Positions 10,156 to 19,407 of a stretch of 64,000 nucleotides of DNA are shown piece after piece. The stretch is from Candidatus Parvarchaeota archaeon. Its GTDB lineage: Archaea > Nanobdellota > Nanobdellia > JAFCGN01. The translations under genes and the position numbers were made by a program. A model generated the notes under the pieces. The model saw only the letters and a program-made list of their open reading frames with translations, made no database searches and was not told where the DNA came from. Position 1 is the first letter of the stretch; each line of letters opens with the position of its first letter. The stretch lies in contig JAFCGN010000002.1 of the NCBI GenBank assembly GCA_017608045.1, forward strand, positions 116,151 through 180,150, given 5' to 3'.

Positions 10156-11724
10156 GTGATTATAGATTCCTATGAAATAAAATCCGAATTTTTTAAAGCG
10201 AAAGTTAATATTGAAGATTCACCAAAAGATTTTGTTCCAAATTATTTGTTGAGAACGCCTGTTGTTGGAAAAGCAACACTTTCTGTGCTTGAAGATGTTA
10301 AAGATGAATTGATTTCAAAAATAAGAATTGTTTCTTCTGAATTTCTTGATTCTAAAAAAACAAAGGAGATTAAAAATAATTTTATTAAAAGAGCAAAAGA
10401 ACTTTTATCAAAGAAATTGACTGATGTAAATCCTCAACTCATTCAAGTGCTTACAGGAATGCTTGTTGATGACATGCTTGGGTTAGGAATAATTGAAACA
10501 CTTTTGCGTGATGATTATCTTGAAGAAATTGTTGTAAATGGAGCTAACAATAATATTTGGGTTTATCACAAAAAATATGGGTGGCTTAAAACGAATATTA
10601 TTGTTCCTTCTGAAATGCAAATAAAAAATTATGCTGACCTTGTTGGAAGAAGAGTTGGAAGACAAATAAATAATCTTCATCCATTAATGGATGCGCATAT
10701 GACAAGCGGTGATAGAATAAATGCTACATTATACCCGATTTCTTCTCATGGCAATACAATTACAATAAGAAGGTTTAGTAGAAGTCCTTGGACAATAACT
10801 GATTTTATTGAAAATAAAAGCATTAGTTTAGAATTGGCTGCTTTTCTCTGGATGGCTATTGAGAATGAAACTTCGATGATTGTAAGCGGAGGAACTGCAA
10901 GCGGAAAAACGAGTTTATTAAATGTTCTTACACCATTCATACCTCCAAACCAAAGAATCATCTCTATAGAAGACACGCGCGAACTTCAGTTGCCTGAATT
11001 TCTTCATTGGGTGCCTATGACAACAAGGCAACCAAATCCTGAAGGAAAAGGAGAAATTAGTATGCTTGACATACTTGTAAATTCTCTTCGTATGCGTCCA
11101 GACAGGATTGTTGTAGGCGAAGTTAGGAGACAGAGAGAAGCAGAAATACTTTTTGAAGCAATGCATACAGGGCACAGTGTTTACGCCACATTGCATGCGG
11201 AAACTGCAGAACAAACAATTAGAAGACTCATAAATCCTCCAATAAATATTCCAGAAAGCATGATACAAACACTTCCTCTTATTTGTGTTGCTTTTAGACA
11301 CAGAAAACTTGGTATAAGAAGGGTTTTGCAAGTTGCTGAAATTTTAGATGAATCTTCAGAATACATTTCAAAGAAAACTAAAAACAAAATACGCAGCGCT
11401 TCAAACATTAACATTCTTTATGAATGGAGTCCAAAAACAGACAAAATAAAAAAAGTTGGTGAGAGTAAGAGGATTTTTAATGAATTGTCTCTTCGTTCAG
11501 GAATGACGCGTGAAGAAATAAAAAAAAGTTTGAAAGAAAGGGAGATTGTTTTAAAATATTTGGTTAAGCACAATATTAGAACTGTTAATGAAGTTGGAAA
11601 AATAATTAGTAAGTATTATGTAATGCCACAGAAGATTTTGAAATTAATAAAAAAAGATGCATCTCCATTAGATGTTCTTGAAGCAAAAAAAGAAGAAAAA
11701 CATGCAAAATCAAGAAGAAAATAA
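10156..11724 (+). CDS. Type IV pilus/archaellum-family secretion ATPase (FlaI/PilB/TadA/VirB11-like)
   Basis: Walker A GGTASGKTSLLNVL. Walker B/Asp box IVVGEVRRQREAE. His box ATLHAET. GTG start immediately after the upstream TGA. Confidence 0.85.
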   Translation: MIIDSYEIKSEFFKAKVNIEDSPKDFVPNYLLRTPVVGKATLSVLEDVKDELISKIRIVSSEFLDSKKTKEIKNNFIKRAKELLSKKLTDVNPQLIQVLTGMLVDDMLGLGIIETLLRDDYLEEIVVNGANNNIWVYHKKYGWLKTNIIVPSEMQIKNYADLVGRRVGRQINNLHPLMDAHMTSGDRINATLYPISSHGNTITIRRFSRSPWTITDFIENKSISLELAAFLWMAIENETSMIVSGGTASGKTSLLNVLTPFIPPNQRIISIEDTRELQLPEFLHWVPMTTRQPNPEGKGEISMLDILVNSLRMRPDRIVVGEVRRQREAEILFEAMHTGHSVYATLHAETAEQTIRRLINPPINIPESMIQTLPLICVAFRHRKLGIRRVLQVAEILDESSEYISKKTKNKIRSASNINILYEWSPKTDKIKKVGESKRIFNELSLRSGMTREEIKKSLKEREIVLKYLVKHNIRTVNEVGKIISKYYVMPQKILKLIKKDASPLDVLEAKKEEKHAKSRRK

Positions 11725-12639
11725 GTGATTTTTATGAATAAACTCAATAATGTAATAAAAATACCAATGGCTTTATTTCCTTATAGTGTTTTAGAATCTT
11801 TGTCTAAAAGATTTCTTGAAAGAAGCAGAATTCTGCTTAAAGCATATCCTGAAATAAAGATGGCAATAATACAATCAAATTTTGAAATTGAACCAGAAGA
11901 ATATTTAAGTGCAGGCATTTTTTCATCAATAATTAATGCGTTTTTAGTTTTTTTCTTATCTTTCTTTTTTTCTATGATATTTAAATTAAGTATTCTTAAT
12001 TCTTTTTTAATTTCTTTATTGTTCTTATTTGCTGTTTTTTTTATTAATTTTTTTATTATTATGAACTACCCTAAAATATTTGCTCTTAAAAGAGGAAGAA
12101 GAATGGAGGAAAACATGCTTTATGCTATGCGAGATTTGTTGATTAAACTTAAATCCGGGGTTAGTTTATATGACTCTTTTGTTGCTCTTTCAAGAAGAAG
12201 TTATGGAGACCTTTCAGAAGAGTTTAAAATAACAACAAAAAAAATGAGTGCAGGACAACCGCAAATTAGTGCTATAGAAGAAATGGCGTTGCGTAATCCT
12301 TCTCAAAATTTTAGAAAAATACTTTGGCAGATAAGCAATGCTATGAGAGCTGGAGCAGATATATCTAATACTCTTGAATCTATAATTGATAATCTTTCAA
12401 AAGAGCAAAAAGTTAAAATAAGGAATTTCGGTGGAGAATTAAATCCAATTGCTATGATGTATATGGTTATTACAGTTGTTGCACCCACAATGGGAATAAC
12501 TTTATTAGTTGTTTTAAGCAGTTTTGCTTCTTTACCTATTGGCAAGAATACTTTTTATGCAATTCTTGGCGTAATCTCTTTTTTTCAATTAATTTTTTTG
12601 ACAATAATAAAATCTAAGAGGGAGGCAATAGGCATATGA
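11725..12639 (+). CDS. Pilus platform membrane protein, TadB/FlaJ-like (T2SS-F domain)
   Basis: Polytopic. Cytoplasmic T2SSF-like segment YAMRDLLIKLKSGVSLYDSFVALSRR...ISAIEEMA. Directly downstream of the ATPase. Confidence 0.6.
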   Translation: MIFMNKLNNVIKIPMALFPYSVLESLSKRFLERSRILLKAYPEIKMAIIQSNFEIEPEEYLSAGIFSSIINAFLVFFLSFFFSMIFKLSILNSFLISLLFLFAVFFINFFIIMNYPKIFALKRGRRMEENMLYAMRDLLIKLKSGVSLYDSFVALSRRSYGDLSEEFKITTKKMSAGQPQISAIEEMALRNPSQNFRKILWQISNAMRAGADISNTLESIIDNLSKEQKVKIRNFGGELNPIAMMYMVITVVAPTMGITLLVVLSSFASLPIGKNTFYAILGVISFFQLIFLTIIKSKREAIGI

Positions 12640-13661
12640 AGATTAAAATGAATAGGATTTATTATCTTTTATTTAATTTAGTTCCTATTAATTTTTTTAA
12701 CAAACTCAAAAAATTATACACTTATTCTAACATTAATGTTGAACCAAAAAAATTAACAGGTTTTTTTGTTTTTTTCAGCATTTTTTTCAGCATAACTTTT
12801 GTTTTTTTACTTTTTCTTTTTATGCACTCAAAAAAAATTGTTTTAAGTTTTTGGATTCTTCTCCCTTCAATTCTTTTTCTCTCAATTATTTCTATTTTTA
12901 GCATTTACTTAGTGCTTTTATTAATTTCAACGAAAAGAGGAAGGTTTGTAGATCAAATTCTTCCAGATGTTCTGCTTTTAATTTCAACAAATCTGAAAAG
13001 TGGTATGAGTCCTGATAGAGCAATAATGCTTGCTGCGCGCCCTGAATTTGGACCTCTTGAAAATGAATTCAAAAGAGTTGCTAAAGAAACTATTGCAGGA
13101 AAAGAACTTGTATACTCTTTATCAAAACTTCCTGAAAATATTCATTCTAAAACTTTGAGAAGAGCTATTGATTTAATAATTGAAGGATTAGAAAATGGAG
13201 GGGAACTTTCTTCTCTTCTTGAACAAATAGCTAATGACATAAGAGAAATCGATATTCTTGAAAAAGAGCTTCAAGCAAATGTAATGATGTATGTTATGTT
13301 TATCTTAATTGCAGTGGGTTTTGGAGCACCGCTTTTATTTGCAATAAGCACGCATCTCGTTGGGACACTTACAAGCGTTTCTTCTACAATTTCTCTTCCG
13401 CAAGAAGGTGTTCCAACAGCAGGTAATATTCCTATTAATATTAATTTTAATAGTTTGTCAGTGTCTCCAGAATTCATAAAATTTTATTCTGTTCTTGCAA
13501 TGATTTTTGCATCAATATTTGGTAGTTTAATCATTGGTGCTATAAGAACAGGGAAGTTAAGAGATGGATTAAAGTATATGCTTCCTCTCATAATTGTTTC
13601 ATTAGCCTTGTTTTTTTTGACAAAAAAAGGATTAGCAACAATAATATTTGTAGGAAATTGA
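12636..13661 (+). CDS. Pilus platform membrane protein, TadC/FlaJ-like (T2SS-F domain)
   Basis: LISTNLKSGMSPDRAIMLAARPEFGPLENEFKRVAKETIAGKEL is T2SSF-like. Multiple TM helices. 4-nt overlap with the upstream gene. Confidence 0.65.
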   Translation: MKIKMNRIYYLLFNLVPINFFNKLKKLYTYSNINVEPKKLTGFFVFFSIFFSITFVFLLFLFMHSKKIVLSFWILLPSILFLSIISIFSIYLVLLLISTKRGRFVDQILPDVLLLISTNLKSGMSPDRAIMLAARPEFGPLENEFKRVAKETIAGKELVYSLSKLPENIHSKTLRRAIDLIIEGLENGGELSSLLEQIANDIREIDILEKELQANVMMYVMFILIAVGFGAPLLFAISTHLVGTLTSVSSTISLPQEGVPTAGNIPININFNSLSVSPEFIKFYSVLAMIFASIFGSLIIGAIRTGKLRDGLKYMLPLIIVSLALFFLTKKGLATIIFVGN

Positions 13662-13766
13662 TGAAAATTCAAACATTATGTATTAAATGTGAGTATAATT
13701 CTTCTAAGTTTTCTCCTGTTTTAGCGCTTAAAGGAATAATTTTTTGTTCAGGAAAAACACTTTTTA

Positions 13767-14279
13767 TTAAATCAACATTTGATTTTTTTGAACTTCAAGA
13801 TTTGTGATTAAAGCAAGATTCAAATCTGCAAGAGGGGTTTTCGTGCTATCCATTACAATAATTATGTTATCCATTTCTTTAAGTTTAGCCATGCTTTCAA
13901 TAATTCCTTCCATTGCTTCCTTGCTTCTGTTTTTTGCTTTTTTACCTCTTATCCCGTATTTGTAAAATTTTCTTGCTTTTACTTCTGCACTTAAGCCCGG
14001 AGTGTCAATAAGATTAAAAAAGAGGTTTCCATATTTTGTTTTCATTTTTACATTCTCTATTTTTTGAATTTTTCTTGTTTCATGAGGTATTTTTGAAACT
14101 TTTCCCATTTTTTGATTTATTAAATCCTTTAAGATTAAGTTTGCAAGAGTTGTTTTTCCTGCATTTGGACTTCCATAAATTGCAATATTTAATTTTTTTC
14201 TTCTAACATAATTTCGAAAAAAATATTTTAATCTTAATTTTATTTCATTACTCGCGTGCTTTAAAAGCCAATCAGTCAT
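13767..14279 (-). CDS. Small P-loop GTPase-like protein (TRAFAC-type G1/G3, degenerate G4)
   Basis: G1 IAIYGSPNAGKTTL and G3 DTPG are present. No clear NKxD motif. Confidence 0.5.
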   Translation of the reverse strand: MTDWLLKHASNEIKLRLKYFFRNYVRRKKLNIAIYGSPNAGKTTLANLILKDLINQKMGKVSKIPHETRKIQKIENVKMKTKYGNLFFNLIDTPGLSAEVKARKFYKYGIRGKKAKNRSKEAMEGIIESMAKLKEMDNIIIVMDSTKTPLADLNLALITNLEVQKNQMLI

Positions 14280-14308
14280 AAATTTAATTAACTAATTTGC
14301 ATATAAAT

Positions 14309-16162
14309 CTATTTTGATAAATTTTCATAATACGCATTAATTGGGTCTTCAACCATGCTTCTAATGTTTTGAGGTAAGAATATTTTGTTTATTGATTTTA
14401 AGTATTTTTCAGGATTTCTGCTATAATTATTTGTGAGTTTTTCCAAAATTTTTATTTTATAGTTTTTAAGTTTTTCAATCTTTCCACCATTATCTAAGTA
14501 AGCATTTTTTTCAAAAGAGTTTAGTAAATTTAGTGTTGAAACTATATAATCCATAGAATTTTTTTCTATTATTGATTCAATTTCTTCACTTATGTCGTAT
14601 CCGCTGATGAATTTATCATATAATGAGTTAAAATTATTTTCTAAGATTAAGCCTTCTTTGATTGTCTTTTTTAACTTATTTATTTCTCTTATGCTGTTTT
14701 TTGTATTTTGATTTTTTGTATTCTCTTTTAAAATATTTTCTAATGAATTAAGCAGGATTATTTGGTTTGTTGAGTGATCTCTGATTTTTGTTTTCTCTTC
14801 TATTTTTTTCAAGATCATTCCAGTTAATCCTTCTCTATAAAGATTGTTTATTGATTGATTTAAGCTTTCTTTATTCTTTTCTAAAATATCGTCGTCCTGC
14901 TCTAAAATCCATTCTATTCCCTCATTTATAAGTTGTTTGTCAATAATTACATAAACATCATTGATTTCATTATCTTTTGGGTCGGATGTCTTTTTATATG
15001 AGATAAAGAAATTGTTTTTAGATAATTTTTCTTTTAAATCTTCAAATTTATCCTCGTTTGTTGTGGTTTCTTTGTTTATTAAGTATTGAATTGTTAAAAC
15101 ATTAGATAATAAAGAAAAACCTTTTTTTTCAATTAATTTTTTTCTTGCTTTTGGGAGCCAATATTTTTTAGTAAAGTATTCTAATGGCATTGTGTTTTTA
15201 TTGCCTCTTTCATCAAGAGCCCATACAAGTGTTTGAACAAAATCTTTATACGCACTGTGGAAATCTTTTTCCTCCATTTCTTTTCTCGCAATTTTTGAAT
15301 ATAAAAGGGAATCATTTAAGTCTTCTGCAAATTTTCTACTTAAAGTTTTATCTTTTTCAACAAGTTCTGTGCTTAAATAATTTAGATTCTTGCGTATTTT
15401 ATTCCATAAGTTCTTATCTCTTTTTCCTTTAAGGTGTGAATTAAAACTTGTATTAACTAAATAACAAAAACCAAGTTTGTCAAACAAATCTTCTTCATTT
15501 ACAGAATAATTTTCTAATCCGTCAAGAAAAGAAATAAGACCCTCACTGAACTCTTTTTTAATTTTTTTGCGTTTATTTTTTATTTCAATGTCAAATGCTT
15601 TTTTTAAACTGCTTATTTCTTTTTTATTCAAGTTTTCTTTGAATGGTTCTATTATGTTTTTAACAAGATATTTCACTCCTTCTTTTTCAATTTTTTTTAT
15701 TTCATTTAATTTGTCAGTATTTTCAGTTCCAATAAAAACAAGCATGTCCTCTAAAGAAGGTGTTTTTATAATCCCATTTTTTTCAATTTTTTCAGAAATT
15801 TTATAATTAATGCCAGGAGTTGGTATTGATTTAATTTCTTTTTTTAACAAAACATCTTCATGTTTTTGTGTTAATTTCTTTGGTGTTATTAAGTTATTTT
15901 GAGAAAATCTTACTCTTTCTAAATCCCATTGTAACAACTTCATTTCATCTTCATTCAATTTACTTATGTCTTCGCTATCAACTATTTTTTTCAAATATTC
16001 AGGTATTTTAATTGTGTCAAAAGGATCTTTAGACATTAATTTTGTGTAAAAATTTATAATTTCTATGATATCCTCCATACTAATATTTTTAGTAGCAATA
16101 TCTTGAGAATTAGCATTAGTTGAAATCATGTTAGTTAATTCATTCAATGCATCTTTGCTCAT
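14309..16162 (-). CDS. Hypothetical Lys/Glu-rich 617-aa protein, co-operonic with the GTPase-like gene
   Basis: Long ORF with consistent coding bias and no recognisable catalytic motif. 29-nt gap to the downstream GTPase-like gene. Confidence 0.4.
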   Translation of the reverse strand: MSKDALNELTNMISTNANSQDIATKNISMEDIIEIINFYTKLMSKDPFDTIKIPEYLKKIVDSEDISKLNEDEMKLLQWDLERVRFSQNNLITPKKLTQKHEDVLLKKEIKSIPTPGINYKISEKIEKNGIIKTPSLEDMLVFIGTENTDKLNEIKKIEKEGVKYLVKNIIEPFKENLNKKEISSLKKAFDIEIKNKRKKIKKEFSEGLISFLDGLENYSVNEEDLFDKLGFCYLVNTSFNSHLKGKRDKNLWNKIRKNLNYLSTELVEKDKTLSRKFAEDLNDSLLYSKIARKEMEEKDFHSAYKDFVQTLVWALDERGNKNTMPLEYFTKKYWLPKARKKLIEKKGFSLLSNVLTIQYLINKETTTNEDKFEDLKEKLSKNNFFISYKKTSDPKDNEINDVYVIIDKQLINEGIEWILEQDDDILEKNKESLNQSINNLYREGLTGMILKKIEEKTKIRDHSTNQIILLNSLENILKENTKNQNTKNSIREINKLKKTIKEGLILENNFNSLYDKFISGYDISEEIESIIEKNSMDYIVSTLNLLNSFEKNAYLDNGGKIEKLKNYKIKILEKLTNNYSRNPEKYLKSINKIFLPQNIRSMVEDPINAYYENLSK

Positions 16163-16249
16163 TTTTTACCCTTTTTCTAAATTCATTAAAAGAGCTTATT
16201 CTACCCAACTATTTAAACTTTTCTCTACTAAAAAGTGATAAAAATTTTT

Positions 16250-17707
16250 TTAATATGTTCTACCAAAATACATCCAATGTTTAGCTTCTTTTCCGCATAT
16301 TATGCATTTTCCTTCAACTTTTTCATTTTCTTTGTATCCAATGGCACTCCCTAAAAGTTTGTCTGCAATCTTTTTTCCGCAGTTTTCATCTCCGCACCAT
16401 TTAACTCCGACAATGCCTCCATAATTTCTAAGTCTTTTTAATGCATCTTTTAATGTTTTGTGCTTTGTTATCATTTTTTTATGCCATTCTTTTGCTTCTC
16501 TGTAAATTGTTTTATCAATTTCTTTGATAATTTTTTTCACACTTTCTTTTATGTTTTTTTCTTTGATTTTCTCTTTTGTTAATTTGTCTCTTCTTGCTAA
16601 AACAAGAGTTTTGCTTTTAACTTCTTTTTCTCCAATTTCTAATCTTATTGGAACGCCTTTTTTCTCCCAATCATTGTATTTTTCACCAGGTCTTATCTCT
16701 CTGTTATCTATTTTTACTTTAATTTCTGCTTTATATTTGCCGCATTTTGTTCCTTCAAACATATTTTTTATTTTTTCGCAATATATCATTATTTTTTTAT
16801 CATTTTCATTGTTTTTTTTAATAGGCACGATTACAATATGTATTGGGGCGAGATTGCTTATCATTCTTAACCCTTTATTATCTCCATGCAAAGAAATTGC
16901 AACACCTAACTCTCTTTCAGAAATTCCGTAGCATGTTTGATAAACATATTTCTTTTTTTCGTCTTTATCCATGAATTTTATATTAAATGCTTTAGCAAAT
17001 TTTTGCCCAAGATTAATTACTGATGCAAGCTCTATGGCTTTTCCATCAGGCATTGTTGTAAAAAAATCATAATTATATTGCGCTCCTGCAAAAGTTTCCC
17101 ATTTTGGCGTTTTGAAAATATCATATGGAATCCTTATTTCATCAAAAAATTTTTTGTAAATTTCTATTGCTTCTTTTATTTGCTTTTCTGCTTCTTCTGC
17201 TGATGCATGCGCTGTATGAGATTCATTGAATGCAACAAGCTCTCTTACTCGAAGTAATTCTTTTGTCATTTTTGTTTCCCATCTGAATACATTAACTGTT
17301 TGGTATATTTTTAATGGAAGATCCCTCCATGACCTTATCCAAAGAGAATACATTGGGTACATTGCTGTTTCACTTGTTGGTCTTATGATTAATTCTTCAT
17401 CTAATTCTTGCAGAAATGTTTTTGTTGCTCTCAGTGTTTCTCCACCAAAACCTTTTAAGAAATCTTTTTCTTTTTTGAAAATTTTTTCAGGAACTAATAA
17501 TGGAAAGTATGCTTCTTCATGACCATAAGAATCCAACAATTTGCTCATAATGTTTTTCATTTTTTTTAGTGCGGAAAACCCATATGGCATTATAACATAA
17601 CTTCCTTTCATAGGATATCTCTTATCAACTATTTTTGCATATTGCAAAACATCTTCATACCATTTATTGAATTCATCGTATTTGTCATATCTTTTCATTT
17701 GAAACAC
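16250..17707 (-). CDS. proS: Prolyl-tRNA synthetase, archaeal/eukaryotic type
   Basis: Class II motifs (RPTSETAMYPMY). C-terminal zinc domain (CGDENCGKK...CIICGK). Conserved terminal Tyr (…FGRTY). Confidence 0.9.
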   Translation of the reverse strand: MFQMKRYDKYDEFNKWYEDVLQYAKIVDKRYPMKGSYVIMPYGFSALKKMKNIMSKLLDSYGHEEAYFPLLVPEKIFKKEKDFLKGFGGETLRATKTFLQELDEELIIRPTSETAMYPMYSLWIRSWRDLPLKIYQTVNVFRWETKMTKELLRVRELVAFNESHTAHASAEEAEKQIKEAIEIYKKFFDEIRIPYDIFKTPKWETFAGAQYNYDFFTTMPDGKAIELASVINLGQKFAKAFNIKFMDKDEKKKYVYQTCYGISERELGVAISLHGDNKGLRMISNLAPIHIVIVPIKKNNENDKKIMIYCEKIKNMFEGTKCGKYKAEIKVKIDNREIRPGEKYNDWEKKGVPIRLEIGEKEVKSKTLVLARRDKLTKEKIKEKNIKESVKKIIKEIDKTIYREAKEWHKKMITKHKTLKDALKRLRNYGGIVGVKWCGDENCGKKIADKLLGSAIGYKENEKVEGKCIICGKEAKHWMYFGRTY

Positions 17708-17860
17708 CTTTAAATTTTAAACACCACGCCCTTTTTAATTTTCTTAAAAATAAAAAGAACATTCCCATGCAGAACTAAATAAATTAGATTCTGCTTTTAT
17801 CTGGGCAATGCAACCATGTTTTTCTATAAAAAAAATCTCTTTAAAAACTTTTCTTGGTTA

Positions 17861-18214
17861 TTAACAGCAATATAATTCTTTTGGAATTTCACCCTTTTTT
17901 ATTTTTCCATAAGGATTCCCGTATTTTCGTATATTTTCAATCATTTTTTTGTTTGCTTTTGTTTCATTGCCTTTCTTTACAAGTTCTTCTCTTGCCTTTA
18001 TGATAATCTCTGAAAGGTTTATTTTTGCAGGGCAAGAAAATTCACATGCTTTGCATAAAGTGCAGTTATAAATCGCTTCTTTTTCAAGAAAGTTGTTTTT
18101 AATTAAAATCGCTCGCCCTCTTGGTCCTTGTGTTTCTTCTAATAAAATCTTTAAAACAGGACATACTCCTTTGCACATCCCGCATAGCACGCATTTTTTA
18201 ATGTCTTTGCTCAT
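17861..18214 (-). CDS. 2x[4Fe-4S] ferredoxin-domain protein (GlcF N-terminal-half-like Fe-S subunit)
   Basis: CVLCGMCKGVCP and CTLCKACEFSCP cluster motifs. Overlaps the upstream FAD oxidase gene by 4 nt. Confidence 0.7.
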   Translation of the reverse strand: MSKDIKKCVLCGMCKGVCPVLKILLEETQGPRGRAILIKNNFLEKEAIYNCTLCKACEFSCPAKINLSEIIIKAREELVKKGNETKANKKMIENIRKYGNPYGKIKKGEIPKELYCC

Positions 18215-19407
18215 ATCACCTTTCCCTCGTTGAGTATGTTGTATGGATCATAAATTTTTTTCATTTTTTTGAAGTTTTCAATCATTTTTTTATTCAAAAA
18301 TTCTTTTTTAGTTATGCCAATCCCGTGTTCTCCACTTATTTCTCCGCCAAGTTTTTTAACTTTTTTAAACATTTTTTTAACAAGCTCTTTTTGGTTTAAT
18401 TGAAATCTTGGATGTAGGATTCCAATGCCTATGTGCCCAAAACAAGGAATTTTATTTTTTTCTAAAAAATTTAAAAAATTGTTCATTTTTTTCAAAGGAA
18501 TTTTAGGGTCTTCCATAATAATCCATCCTTTTTGTGTTAGGACAGGACCGCATGATTCTCTTATCTTCCATATTTTTTCAATTTTTTTCTTTGATTTTAT
18601 TTCTCCTTCTTTGCTTTCATATTCAATTATTAAATAGTTTTTTGCTTCTAAGTTTATTAATTCAGCACAATAAGGGTTGATGAATTCTATAGCAGATATG
18701 TTTTTGTTTTTTATGATTTCTTTTATTTTTTTGATTATTTCTTCGTTTTTTTCAAATTTTAAAAAATTCAAACTTCGTGTTCTTGTTTTTTCCTTTAATC
18801 TTAATTCTGCTTTTGTTATTATACCATTAAGGCCTTCTTTTCCAGCAAAATCTTTTATCTTGTTGTTTTTGGCTTTTATTTTTTTTCCATTAGGTAAATA
18901 AACTTCTAAACTTTTTATCCAATCAATTGTTTTTCCATATTTGATTGCTCTTTCACCAGCTGCATTTGTTGAAATCATGCCTCCTATCTCGCATGTTTTA
19001 TGGCTTGCAGGAATAACTGGAAAGATTAAATCAAATTTTTTTAATAAAGAGTTTAAATTGTCAAGCACTACTCCTGGTTCTACTATCACGACTTTTTTTT
19101 CTTTGTTTAAAGATATGATTTTATTCATTTTGCTTAAATCAATCACAATTGAATTAAAACCAGCACTACCTCCAGTAAGCGATGTGCCCCCGCCTCTTGG
19201 TGTTATGGGTATTCTATATTTATTGCAAATCTTTAATAATTTTTTTACTTGTTCAGGATTTTCAGGCCATGCAACCCCTAATGCTTTTCCTTTAAACTCA
19301 CTTGCATCAAATGAATAAACAAGACAATCTTTTTTATTGTTACTGAATTTACATATTTTTTTTAATTCTTGAATTGTTTTTTCATTCAAATTTTTCTCAT
19401 TATTCAA
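18211..19407 (-). CDS. FAD-linked oxidase (GlcD / D-lactate dehydrogenase family)
   Basis: FAD-binding PCMH-type motif PRGGGTSLTGGS. C-terminal FAD-oxidase fold (GEHGIGITKKEF). Confidence 0.75.
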   Translation of the reverse strand: MNNEKNLNEKTIQELKKICKFSNNKKDCLVYSFDASEFKGKALGVAWPENPEQVKKLLKICNKYRIPITPRGGGTSLTGGSAGFNSIVIDLSKMNKIISLNKEKKVVIVEPGVVLDNLNSLLKKFDLIFPVIPASHKTCEIGGMISTNAAGERAIKYGKTIDWIKSLEVYLPNGKKIKAKNNKIKDFAGKEGLNGIITKAELRLKEKTRTRSLNFLKFEKNEEIIKKIKEIIKNKNISAIEFINPYCAELINLEAKNYLIIEYESKEGEIKSKKKIEKIWKIRESCGPVLTQKGWIIMEDPKIPLKKMNNFLNFLEKNKIPCFGHIGIGILHPRFQLNQKELVKKMFKKVKKLGGEISGEHGIGITKKEFLNKKMIENFKKMKKIYDPYNILNEGKVI

